Positions 10,198 to 19,590 of a stretch of 64,000 bases of DNA are shown here, one piece after another. The position numbers were made by a program, and so were the translations under genes. The first letter of the stretch is position 1, and each line of letters starts with the position of its first letter. This DNA comes from Candidatus Dojkabacteria bacterium (GTDB lineage Bacteria; Patescibacteriota; Dojkabacteria; B142; OLB20). The notes below the pieces were generated by a model, which was not told the DNA's origin, ran no database searches, and worked only from the letters and a program-made list of their open reading frames with translations. Location: assembly GCA_035444565.1 (NCBI GenBank), contig DAOMOX010000002.1:8013-72012 (forward strand), in the 5' to 3' direction.

Positions 10198-10650
10198 TTA
10201 TTTAGTTTTTAATTCTTTGATTGCTTGCTCGAAATCTTCAATGGTATTGAAATCTCGATAAACTGAAGCAAACAATAAGTATGCTATTGTGTCGAGCTTT
10301 TTTAATCTTGTTAATACCATCTGTCCGATTTCAGTACTTTTTACAATTGTTGTTTTACGATTGAGAAGTTTTAGTTCAATGTCATCAAGTAAGTCATCAA
10401 TTTGACTTTCTGTAAGATCGCGCTTCTTGACTGCCTTCATGATACCTTTTTTGAGTTTTTCTCGATCGAATTCTTCTACTTTCCCACTCCTTTTGTGAAC
10501 ATTTAAGCTGATTGTTTCCACACGCTCATATGTAGTAAAACGTTTCTTACAGTTCAAGCACTCTCTACGTCTCCTAGTTACACCGGATTCGTTATTGTCT
10601 CTCTTGTCGACAACTTTACTTACTACGCGATGACAGTACGGACAAATCAT
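10198..10650 (-). CDS. nrdR: Transcriptional repressor NrdR
   Basis: MICPYC...RRRREC.NCKKRFTTYE zinc ribbon plus ATP cone ending FASVYRDF; likely start is the ATG at 10650. Confidence 0.95.
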   Translation of the reverse strand: MICPYCHRVVSKVVDKRDNNESGVTRRRRECLNCKKRFTTYERVETISLNVHKRSGKVEEFDREKLKKGIMKAVKKRDLTESQIDDLLDDIELKLLNRKTTIVKSTEIGQMVLTRLKKLDTIAYLLFASVYRDFNTIEDFEQAIKELKTK

Positions 10651-10704
10651 AATAAAATCATTATTGCGCAAGGGAAATTAGAAAGCATGCCCCTTACTTT
10701 CAAA

Positions 10705-10752
10705 ACACAACAGCTTGTGTTGTCCAACTAGACTAACAACTATAACTTGTGC
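10705..10752. promoter_or_regulatory. Tandem NrdR boxes
   Basis: acacaacagcttgtgt (10705-10720) and caactataacttgtgc (10737-10752) resemble acaCwAtATaTwGtgt, 32 bp apart, directly upstream of nrdR. Confidence 0.8.
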
Positions 10753-10759
10753 TTGTCAA
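10730..10759 (-). promoter_or_regulatory. Sigma70-type promoter of the nrdR-nrdJ operon
   Basis: Minus strand TTGACA-N18-TAGTCT with TG just upstream of the -10; the second NrdR box lies in the spacer. Confidence 0.6.
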
Positions 10760-10820
10760 GCAAATTTACACTATTAAATGTAAAGAATTCGAAATGTTCT
10801 TTAGTGTGGCAAAGTTGAAC

Positions 10821-13415
10821 TCAATCCTCAATATTGTCCTGCAATTCCTTGATCTTAAGTAAAGCATCAAGTGGGGAAATTTCTTCAATTTTGATTTGTT
10901 TGATTTTTTCTTTTAATTCACTATCGTTTCCAGTACTAATAAAAGAGAGTTGATCTTGATAATCAATACTTTCTTCTGTGACTCTCTTCAATTGGTTTTC
11001 TTCAAGTTCTTCGAGAATATCATCTGCCCTTTGAATTACGCTATTTGGAATCCCAGAAATTTTGGCAACATATATTCCGTAGCTTCGATTAGTAAACCCC
11101 GGCAGAATTTTATGCATAAAAATTATTTTTTCACCCTGTTCATTTACTTCTACAAAATAATTCTTTACTCCAGGGAGTTTTTCTTCGAGGAGAATTAATT
11201 CGTGATAATGTGTGGCAAACAAAGTTCTAGCCTTGATTGTATTCACAATATGTTCTACTACAGCCCAAGCAATCGCAAGTCCATCGTAGGTACTAGTACC
11301 TCTTCCGATTTCATCAAGAATTATTAAAGATTTCTCAGTAGCGTTGTTCAATATGTTTGCTGTCTCAAGCATTTCAACCATAAAGGTGGATTCTCCCCCT
11401 GCAAGATTGTCTGCAGAACCAACTCTGGTAAAGATTCTGTCAGTTAAAACAATTTTGGCATAATCGGCTGGTACGAAACATCCGATTTGTGCCAAAATAA
11501 ACAAAATTGCAACTTGTCTAATATATGTTGATTTACCCGACATATTTGGTCCTGTGAGAATTACAAAATCAGTATTTCCTTGCTTAAAATAAACATCATT
11601 AGGGATAAACTGATCTTTTATTGATGACTCGACAACAATGTGACGAGAATTTTTAAACTCAGTTGTTTGACTGATGTCATCAGTGATCTCTGACCGAATC
11701 ATTTTCATTTCCAGAGATAACTTCGCAAAATTCACATAAACGTCAATTATTGAAATAGCCTTTGAATATGAAATTATCGAACTAATTCTATTTATAATCT
11801 TTTCCCGCAAATCTTCAAATATTTTATATTCAACCTCAGAGGCTTTTGACTGGGCTTCTAATACAATGACTTCCCATTTTTTCAACTCCTCTGTAATATA
11901 TCTTTCAGCATTAACTAGTGTTTGTTTTCGTATGTAGTTATCTGGTGCCTTCTGTGAATTTGATTTGCTGATTTCAATGTAATATCCGAATACTTGATTA
12001 AAGCCAACCTTTAAGCTAGAGATTCCAGTTTTTTGTTTTTCAGAAGCTTCAAGATTTTTTATGTAATCTCTTCCATTTTTTGCTTCTATGTTAATTTTAT
12101 CAAGCTCAACGTCATATCCTTCCTTGATAATATTTCCCTCTGTAATGGTTATTGCCGGCTCTTCTTTAATAGAGTTATCTATCAGGTCAACTATAAATTT
12201 TATTTCTGAATATATATTCTCGTCAGGAAGATTTTTCTGGAATATTTTTAATTCGCTATTTTTAATTTTGGTGTAAAGACTATTCGCATTGTGAAGACTA
12301 TTCTTAAAGTAGATTAAATCTCTAGCGTTTATTGCTCCCGTAGCTAATCTTGAAGTTAATCTTTCTACATCAACAATTTCATCAAGATCTGATATCAATT
12401 TCTCTAATAGTTCTCTGTTTTCAATTAATTCGCTCACATTATCGTATCTTTTCTCTATTTGTTGCTTATCTTTGAGAGGTCTAAGCAACCAATTGCGCAA
12501 AAGTCTCTGTCCCATCGCTGTCCTACAGTGATTAATTGTATTGAACAAAGAATTTTCATTATTTCCCCTCAAAGAGTAAAACAACTCCAAACTATTTATC
12601 GTGGTTTGGTCTAGGTTAATATAGTCGCTGTTCTGTTGAAGTGTGATGGTTTTTATATGTTTAAGTTCTGTTTTTTGTGTATTCTCAAGATATTTATATA
12701 GAACGCCAGCACTTGTGACTCCAACTAAATATTTCTCAATTCCGAAGGACTTAAAGGAAGAAATATTCATCTTTTCGAGTAGTAGCCTCGAACTCTTTTG
12801 AAAATCAAATTCGTAATTATCTAGATGTTGTATGGAAAACTTTGAAAGAAGAGAACGGATTGGTTCGAACTGACTTCTATTCACAATTAATTCTGCCGGT
12901 CTTATCCTGTATAACTCTTGAATTAAATCATTTGGTAATTGATTCTCCCTTGATGAATACTCATTTATTTTAAATTCACCTGTACTTAAATCACTATAGG
13001 CTAACCCCCATTTTTTTGATCTTTTCTCGTAGTAGATAACTGCTATGTAGTTATTCTCATATTCACGTAATAGATTTTCATCAAGAATTGTTCCTGCAGT
13101 AATTACTTTAACAACATCTCTTTTTACTAGCTTGCCGGTTGTTGCTGGTTCAAGTTGATCTGCTAGCGCAACTTTATTCCCATTTTTAATTAACTTGGGT
13201 AAATATTGCTTGAGAGCATGATGAGGAATACCAGCCATTGGGATCCTATTCTCAGCCTTACCGCGACCTGTTAAAGTAATTCCCAACACCTTTGAAATTG
13301 TTTTGGCGTCTTCATCAAAAGCCTCATAAAAATCTCCCAATCTAAACAAAAGGATACAATCCGGGTATTTATCCTTCAAGTTGAGGTATTGTGAATACAT
13401 CGGGGTGTCTGCCAT
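10821..13415 (-). CDS. mutS: DNA mismatch repair protein MutS
   Basis: TPMYSQY, FRLGDFYE, GPNMSGKSTY, GESTFMVE, ILDEIGRGT, ATHYHEL. Confidence 0.97.
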   Translation of the reverse strand: MADTPMYSQYLNLKDKYPDCILLFRLGDFYEAFDEDAKTISKVLGITLTGRGKAENRIPMAGIPHHALKQYLPKLIKNGNKVALADQLEPATTGKLVKRDVVKVITAGTILDENLLREYENNYIAVIYYEKRSKKWGLAYSDLSTGEFKINEYSSRENQLPNDLIQELYRIRPAELIVNRSQFEPIRSLLSKFSIQHLDNYEFDFQKSSRLLLEKMNISSFKSFGIEKYLVGVTSAGVLYKYLENTQKTELKHIKTITLQQNSDYINLDQTTINSLELFYSLRGNNENSLFNTINHCRTAMGQRLLRNWLLRPLKDKQQIEKRYDNVSELIENRELLEKLISDLDEIVDVERLTSRLATGAINARDLIYFKNSLHNANSLYTKIKNSELKIFQKNLPDENIYSEIKFIVDLIDNSIKEEPAITITEGNIIKEGYDVELDKINIEAKNGRDYIKNLEASEKQKTGISSLKVGFNQVFGYYIEISKSNSQKAPDNYIRKQTLVNAERYITEELKKWEVIVLEAQSKASEVEYKIFEDLREKIINRISSIISYSKAISIIDVYVNFAKLSLEMKMIRSEITDDISQTTEFKNSRHIVVESSIKDQFIPNDVYFKQGNTDFVILTGPNMSGKSTYIRQVAILFILAQIGCFVPADYAKIVLTDRIFTRVGSADNLAGGESTFMVEMLETANILNNATEKSLIILDEIGRGTSTYDGLAIAWAVVEHIVNTIKARTLFATHYHELILLEEKLPGVKNYFVEVNEQGEKIIFMHKILPGFTNRSYGIYVAKISGIPNSVIQRADDILEELEENQLKRVTEESIDYQDQLSFISTGNDSELKEKIKQIKIEEISPLDALLKIKELQDNIED

Positions 13416-13460
13416 CGTGAAAGTAAGTGAAAGCCTATTTTATCACAATACAGTTTGCAT

Positions 13461-13494
13461 AAAAAAACCCCTCCGTCGAATTGAGGGAGGGGTT
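13461..13494 (-). terminator. Rho-independent terminator
   Basis: aacccctcc/ggaggggtt stem followed by a U7 tract on the minus strand, just after 13516..14721. Confidence 0.8.
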
Positions 13495-13515
13495 AATCTA
13501 ATCTTTTAACATTTC

Positions 13516-14721
13516 TTAACCTTCTTTAGCACATGTTACAACTTCGACTAATGAGTAATGTGATTGATTACACTTTCGAAGACTTGAGTTCTTGACACAT
13601 GTGTCGAATTCAGCCTTTGTGTAATTTAAGTCACTTCTTAGTGAAATGCTATCGTATTTTCCTTCGAGATTTAGATAGGTAACACTACTTGGTACTCCAT
13701 CATTTACTTCAGGTGTTATATTTTTTCTACAGTATTTGAATTTACTGTATTCTGCTTTTGGATCATTAATATCCAATAGATTTACTCCATCATCCCATGT
13801 CTTGGTATTTCCAAGATCTTCACATACAGATGTCTGTGTTTTGGTTGCTGAACTTTGAAGATCATTGTATTTGATACTCACTGTATGATTCTCATTGTTC
13901 TGAACCTTAGGATTGAAAGCATTTCCAATTTGTGGATTTGTTTCTGTAGCTCCAGTCCAACCCCACATTGTTCTTACTGCAATAGGGTATTTCTTTGCAA
14001 CTGCACTTAAGTTTACCGTACCAAGATCAAAGCTTCTTTGGTTTGCCTTTGATGCTACGAATTCACCTGAGTACAACTTCTGTGTTGTCCATTGAGTACA
14101 AACTAATGGTTTGTTAGTTGGTGTAGGTGTCGCACTTGGTCTAGGTGTTGCGGTTGCTGTTGGTCTTGGTGTAGCTGTAGCCGTTGGAATTGTAGGTGGA
14201 GTTGCCGTAGGTCTTGGTGTAGATGTTGCAGTTGGAGTTGCAGGTGAACATTTCTGATCAAATTGTGTCTTTAGAATACTTAAGTTTGCATCATTAAATG
14301 GTCCTCTTACTCCATTCAGCTGGCAGTAGTCATTGTCTATTTCATAATGGCAATAATTCCATGCATCTGCTGAGTATTGGACATAAAAATCATTGGCTTG
14401 CGCTCCATCCCACTGTATCACTGAGCACCTTGTATCTACGGGATTTGGAACCTGCGCATTATTAAGAGTGACAGCTGGTCCAATTTCTACACGACCCAAC
14501 CCGCCAAGATAACCACCTACCGCAGTATTACAAGTCTTAAGTGGATTCTGATTCAACTCAGATCTTGTGATTCTACAATAATCAGCACTTCCATTTATTC
14601 CTAGAATTCCATTATCTAAAGCAATAGAAGTTTCGGTATTACTGGGCAATACCATTGCAGAAATCATAGTTATCACTATGAATGCCACTAATGTAGTGTA
14701 TCCTATTAAAAGGTTTTTCAT
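13516..14721 (-). CDS. Secreted or membrane-anchored protein: Cys-rich domain, Pro/Thr linker, second Cys-containing domain
   Basis: N-terminal hydrophobic segment; TATPRP repeats; N-domain is paralogous to 57592..59040. Confidence 0.8.
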   Translation of the reverse strand: MKNLLIGYTTLVAFIVITMISAMVLPSNTETSIALDNGILGINGSADYCRITRSELNQNPLKTCNTAVGGYLGGLGRVEIGPAVTLNNAQVPNPVDTRCSVIQWDGAQANDFYVQYSADAWNYCHYEIDNDYCQLNGVRGPFNDANLSILKTQFDQKCSPATPTATSTPRPTATPPTIPTATATPRPTATATPRPSATPTPTNKPLVCTQWTTQKLYSGEFVASKANQRSFDLGTVNLSAVAKKYPIAVRTMWGWTGATETNPQIGNAFNPKVQNNENHTVSIKYNDLQSSATKTQTSVCEDLGNTKTWDDGVNLLDINDPKAEYSKFKYCRKNITPEVNDGVPSSVTYLNLEGKYDSISLRSDLNYTKAEFDTCVKNSSLRKCNQSHYSLVEVVTCAKEG

Positions 14722-14874
14722 TAGTAAATAAATAAAATATAAAATATAAATAGAGATTATTCTCTATAATCATTATATCATTCAATTCAAAACTCATGTT
14801 GTAAAAAAACTTTTTTATATTTGTACTTATGATATTTCACAATTTAGGATATAATTAACATTATAGCAGTTAAT

Positions 14875-15060
14875 GCCGAGGTGGTGAAATGGCAGACCCC
14901 GCCAAACCTTCGGTTAAGGGGCAGGCACGCTCATTAAATACAAAATACATTATAATTAGTAAATCATGCCGAGGTGGCGAAATGGTAGACCCCGCCAAAC
15001 TTCGTTAGCGGGGCAAGCGCGCTCATTAAAATAGAAAATTCATCTAAATTAGTAAAAGAT
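14875..15060 (+). repeat. Two 93-bp tandem units, each a tRNA-Leu 5' fragment with a hairpin inserted in the D-loop
   Basis: gccgaggtggYgaaatggYagac starts at 14875 and 14968, in register with the intact tRNA at 15061. Confidence 0.8.
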
Positions 15061-15141
15061 GCCGGGATGGCGAAATGGTAGACGCGCTAGTCTTAGGAAC
15101 TAGTCCCTTCGGGGGTGGAGGTTCGAGTCCTCTTCCCGGCA
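15061..15141 (+). tRNA. tRNA-Leu (anticodon TAG), CCA not encoded
   Basis: Acceptor gccggga/tcccggc+A, D arm, ctagt-ctTAGga-actag anticodon arm, ccc-ttcg-ggg variable arm, ggaggTTCGAGTcctct T arm. Confidence 0.95.
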
Positions 15142-15181
15142 TACTTAGTAAAACATAATTTTCTCCAAGTTTATTATTTTT

Positions 15182-15273
15182 AGGTTCTCCCTCTACGCCA
15201 AGGCTTCGAGGGATTAACCAGTTCTACGCCTCATACTTCGGCTAAATCTGGTTTAAGAGTCCTCTCCTCGGCA
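15182..15273 (+). pseudogene. tRNA-Leu 3' fragment with the T-loop interrupted by a 69-nt double hairpin
   Basis: aggttc (15182-15187) + insert + gagtcctctcctcggca (15257-15273); cctcggc is complementary to gccgagg of the upstream fragments. Confidence 0.65.
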
Positions 15274-15296
15274 ATAATATTATTATATGTGCCTAG

Positions 15297-18200
15297 CTAT
15301 TGGTAATACTCTAATAATAGTCTATATAATTTTATCGCTAACTCATAGTCATTATAGTCTAACAGGCCTTTTTCTTTAGCCAACTCGATTGTATCAGGTT
15401 CGACTACTCCTTCTTTACCTTGATATTTACCTTTTTTTCTATCATAACCGACATACGCAATTTTTTCTGAACCCGGCAATTTCATTAATGTTTTAGTCTC
15501 ATCTAATAGTGTTGTTAGATAAATTGGTGAATCGTTCTCCAAAGCTTTTGCGAGGAATAGTGCTATAACAGCCTGTTTTGTAGATTTATCAACCCCGTTT
15601 GATGCCTCATCTATAAACACCCATGTATCTGGATTCTCAGCCATTGCTTTGTAAATTCCTACTAATTTCCTTGCTTCCGTTTCGTATTGACTATAATTAT
15701 CACTCCCAATTGACCTGATTATCCTAGCGGCAATAGCTTTTGGTCTTTTCTTAAAATTCACATTTTCTCCTGGACAGTACCCAGATATTATAGTATGTGC
15801 AACCATAGCCGCTTCTGAAATTAGGGATGCTGACTTTCCTGCTTTTTGATTACCAATTTTTACCTGTGCAACTACATTTTCTCCTGAAAATTCTGGCGTT
15901 CCAACAGGGATATATTGATCACCTAATTCTTTTAATAAGTGAATATTGAACGAAGCACTATAACTGAGATGAGTATTTCCCGTGGAATCATAACTTGGTT
16001 TTGTAAATATCTTATTTCCCTTTAAACCGTTTTTAATTGTAAGCGCATAAAGAGCAGAAAGGTTTATACTATTTAGATGATCTATATTGCTAGAAATTCC
16101 TAGAATTGATTTTAGTTTATCTTTACCCAAATGTTCCTCTAAATCTAGAATGACAGGATTAAGATACTCTGAGAACACTTTTTCCGCTCTTTCTTTATCA
16201 TCACTTTCTTTTCTAGTTTTATCTTTGTTAAGCAATATTCTCAATACTTCAGATGAATCGGAAGTAAGTTTTTGGAGATCATCTCCACTTAAATGATTAT
16301 TTAAATTAAAGTTTAGCATCCTAGCTACATTAGGATATTTATCTTTAATTTTATAGTCATATCTTATGGCATCAGCCAACTTCATACTGAGAGAAACAAC
16401 ATTTTCTGGATTCACCAGTAATAAATCTTGTGTTTCAAGGCCAAAATCTTTCATTTGTTCCATAATCTCTTGTTCTCTTACTGAAATCCCAACAAAATCA
16501 TTACCCTCTGGTTTTGTCAAACTCAGTAAATATGAATACAACTCATACTTATCTATATAATCCATACTTCCAATACCCTGTAATGCGCGCTTTGCAAGTT
16601 TTACTCCATCGAGTCTTTCTGAAAAGTGTACAAGCCTATCTCTCAAAATATGCGAATCTTCTTGCAAAAAATCATCAATTCTTTTATGAATTTCTTCTTC
16701 GAAAAATTCGGGACCACTCGAAGATTGCTCTTTCAGGAATTCTGTAAATGCACTGGAAATCTCATTAGTATTAATTGATGAGCTATCTCGAAACATTGAA
16801 TCCATCATTATTGTGTATATATCTTTTAACTGTAGCTCATCAATTGTCTTCTCATCAAAGACTTCACTGGTAGGACTATACTCGACTTCCTGCAGTGGAG
16901 GGACAATTTCTTCGGTCCCAAACATGATTTGTTGTTTAAGTTCTTCAATCATTCTTGCAATATCTTCTGACACTCTACTACCTATTCTTTGATAAGTTTC
17001 AGGGCCAAAAGAGGAACTCATCCCCTCACGAGCTTCATGTGAGATTGGTATGATATTGACATGGTGCAATCCTGATTCTCCTAACAGATAGTCAAGTGCA
17101 CCTAATTCTTCAACATGATGCGAGGTCACAACGGTAGTTAATCCTGCTCTCTTTCTTTTCAGTAACTGAATATATTCAATCACTGAGGCTGCCAAATCAG
17201 TACCACCAGATAATAACTCGTCTGCGAAAAGAGTATCGGTATTTATTACTTCTACAAGTTCACTTATACTCTGATCTGCTAAGCTTTGGTTTGGATCTGG
17301 TACTTCGAAACCTACTCTATATATTCCATCCGTACTATTTCTTGTTGCGGAAAAAGGTCGGCTCACTTTAGCATTTGGAACCGATCTATTTCCTGGGAAA
17401 AGACTTTCGAACAATATCCTTAAAGCATAGGTTTTTCCCGAACCGGTAGGGCCACCTATTACAGTTGATGTTCCTTTCCCAAAGGCCATATTTAATAACC
17501 CACCTATTTGATAATTGGGAAGACAATTTCGTCTTGGAGTATTGGATAGTACACGACCTTCTAAGATTTCATATTCATCAGTACTTGGTTGAACATAAAC
17601 ACCAAGACTTTCTCTAAACCTTGGAATCCAATACATTCCTGCGAGCACTCCTACAAATTTATCTAGTCTTATATTATTGCTTGCAGAATCTAAGATGTTT
17701 TCTGGATTGTTAGTAGTACCCTTTAAGAAACCTAAAAGAGCACTTAACTCAGCACTTGCAGGATTTATGAATTCCTTAATAGTAACTCTTCCTGATTCTT
17801 GTTCAATACTTGAAATTTCCTCAAAGAGAATATCCAACTTTTCAAGAGCAGTAAGTGTTTGTTCATAACCTCCTTTTTCTTTGTATGTTGTGTAGTTATC
17901 GGCAGAGTAAAAACTTGGGATGAGCCTTTTAGCTCCAAAAACAGCATAATTCTCCAAAAGTTCTTTAGTTTCGGGGTCTGCTTTAGAAATAAAGTCTATT
18001 ATCACCTGAAAATCTTGATCGGTTAGATTAGCATAGTTTAAGAAATCACACAGATCTATTAATACCGATACTTCATATCTACCTTTAAATCCACTTTCTA
18101 AAGTGCTGCCCTCTACTCTATTTTCGGTGATGAAAGATTGAATTTCCCCTAAATATGAACTAGCAGAGTAAGTATTTTCTCCATCAACTGGGAATTTTCT

Positions 18201-19541
18201 AGTTTTAAAAATATCAACTGGGTAACTATCTTCTTCCGTGATTTCAACCAATGACTTTGACCAATAAGAAAACTCAAGTTTTGCCGCTTCTTTTAATTTT
18301 AACAATTTCTCATTTTCTTCCAGTTTCATTTCTACTACATCATGTACTACGACATCTGGAGCATCAGTCAAATTGTCTATACTTCTTATAATTGTATTAT
18401 TCACAGAGAATTTTGATTCGGCAGCCTTAATTAATCTCTCCATCTCCGCAGTACTATAAATATCTTTTTCTGAGAATACTTCAGCATCTGATGCGAAATC
18501 ACCTACAGCCCTAATGAAATTATTTTTATCACGAACTACATCTCTGTTCTTTAAATGTCTTCCTTCATCATAAGATAAATCACTATATAAAATACTTGTA
18601 GTATCGATATATCCTGAATCCAATGCTTCTTTAAAAAGTTTTAACACAGCTAAATGATTTCCTGGTTTAAGTGGAAAGCTGGTTGTATTTCCAGTATCTA
18701 ACCATGATTCTACAATTTTCGATTTACTTACTTCATCAAGTGAACTTACACTTTCAATCCATTTATCAGAAAAGTATGCAGCTGCATCGGGATTTAATTT
18801 TTTTAAAGTTGACTGAAAACCGAAATTTTCTGTAATTTCAAGTTCTGTAACAACAGGTATGAAGGCAAAAAACCTACTTTCAGTGAGATTGTCTATTTGT
18901 GAAATTCTATTTGCAACATCAAAATAAAAATCTATATATTTTTCAGAATTCCCAAAGTGCTTAAATCCACTCTGCATAAGCTCTACGACAAAATTAGCAT
19001 AACTATCTTTATCATCTTGTGATTCGAGTTTGTTTTTTACCCCATCATAGCCTTCTATTAGTTGAGTTATCAGAGTTTGAAATTTTGTTTCATCTTCTGG
19101 AATAAATTCAACAGCAGAAATTACCCTTTTCGTATCAGAGATAAATGAATTCAAACCATATGATCCACCTATGTTGTTAAAATAGGAAGCAGATTGATTC
19201 CCTCTTTCCTTTCTCCAAAAAGGATTTACAAATGATGGAAGATCTTCGTTACTTAAATCTAGTATACTAAGCAATCCATGCTCCCCCAAAATCGTATTTG
19301 CTAAACTTCTCTTTTCATCCACACCAAGGGCCTCAATTGCACCAATCCCTTTATGCCCAATATTAGCAATAATTTGGAGTCTCTCAGGAGCCGAGTATTT
19401 TTTTGGATTTGTTAATAACTCGAGTTGTTCACCAATTGTCCTCCGCGGAGTAACATTATTTATGTAGGTTACTCTATCAGGAGCTACAGGAGGTCCTTGG
19501 AGTATGGTTTGCATCCCTGTAAGATTTGATTCTGTACCCAT
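15297..19541 (-). CDS. Large protein with two MutS-domain-V-like ABC ATPase modules
   Basis: GPTGSGKT (17430-17453)...FADELLSGGTD...VTSHH, and GNQKAGKS (15831-15854)...SQYETE...FIDEASNGVD...YLTT. Confidence 0.7.
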   Translation of the reverse strand: MGTESNLTGMQTILQGPPVAPDRVTYINNVTPRRTIGEQLELLTNPKKYSAPERLQIIANIGHKGIGAIEALGVDEKRSLANTILGEHGLLSILDLSNEDLPSFVNPFWRKERGNQSASYFNNIGGSYGLNSFISDTKRVISAVEFIPEDETKFQTLITQLIEGYDGVKNKLESQDDKDSYANFVVELMQSGFKHFGNSEKYIDFYFDVANRISQIDNLTESRFFAFIPVVTELEITENFGFQSTLKKLNPDAAAYFSDKWIESVSSLDEVSKSKIVESWLDTGNTTSFPLKPGNHLAVLKLFKEALDSGYIDTTSILYSDLSYDEGRHLKNRDVVRDKNNFIRAVGDFASDAEVFSEKDIYSTAEMERLIKAAESKFSVNNTIIRSIDNLTDAPDVVVHDVVEMKLEENEKLLKLKEAAKLEFSYWSKSLVEITEEDSYPVDIFKTRKFPVDGENTYSASSYLGEIQSFITENRVEGSTLESGFKGRYEVSVLIDLCDFLNYANLTDQDFQVIIDFISKADPETKELLENYAVFGAKRLIPSFYSADNYTTYKEKGGYEQTLTALEKLDILFEEISSIEQESGRVTIKEFINPASAELSALLGFLKGTTNNPENILDSASNNIRLDKFVGVLAGMYWIPRFRESLGVYVQPSTDEYEILEGRVLSNTPRRNCLPNYQIGGLLNMAFGKGTSTVIGGPTGSGKTYALRILFESLFPGNRSVPNAKVSRPFSATRNSTDGIYRVGFEVPDPNQSLADQSISELVEVINTDTLFADELLSGGTDLAASVIEYIQLLKRKRAGLTTVVTSHHVEELGALDYLLGESGLHHVNIIPISHEAREGMSSSFGPETYQRIGSRVSEDIARMIEELKQQIMFGTEEIVPPLQEVEYSPTSEVFDEKTIDELQLKDIYTIMMDSMFRDSSSINTNEISSAFTEFLKEQSSSGPEFFEEEIHKRIDDFLQEDSHILRDRLVHFSERLDGVKLAKRALQGIGSMDYIDKYELYSYLLSLTKPEGNDFVGISVREQEIMEQMKDFGLETQDLLLVNPENVVSLSMKLADAIRYDYKIKDKYPNVARMLNFNLNNHLSGDDLQKLTSDSSEVLRILLNKDKTRKESDDKERAEKVFSEYLNPVILDLEEHLGKDKLKSILGISSNIDHLNSINLSALYALTIKNGLKGNKIFTKPSYDSTGNTHLSYSASFNIHLLKELGDQYIPVGTPEFSGENVVAQVKIGNQKAGKSASLISEAAMVAHTIISGYCPGENVNFKKRPKAIAARIIRSIGSDNYSQYETEARKLVGIYKAMAENPDTWVFIDEASNGVDKSTKQAVIALFLAKALENDSPIYLTTLLDETKTLMKLPGSEKIAYVGYDRKKGKYQGKEGVVEPDTIELAKEKGLLDYNDYELAIKLYRLLLEYYQ

Positions 19542-19590
19542 AGTTTATGAAACCAAAAATTAATTAGTTATTGCAAACCACAAAGTTAAC

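Noticed and set aside
10651-10820. Cobalamin riboswitch upstream of the B12-dependent RNR operon
   Set aside because: The leader is short and lacks recognisable B12-box motifs; it is explained by the promoter and NrdR boxes
14875-15141. CRISPR array or three functional tRNA genes
   Set aside because: The repeated part is tRNA-derived and the 'spacers' resemble each other; the first two units lack anticodon and T arms
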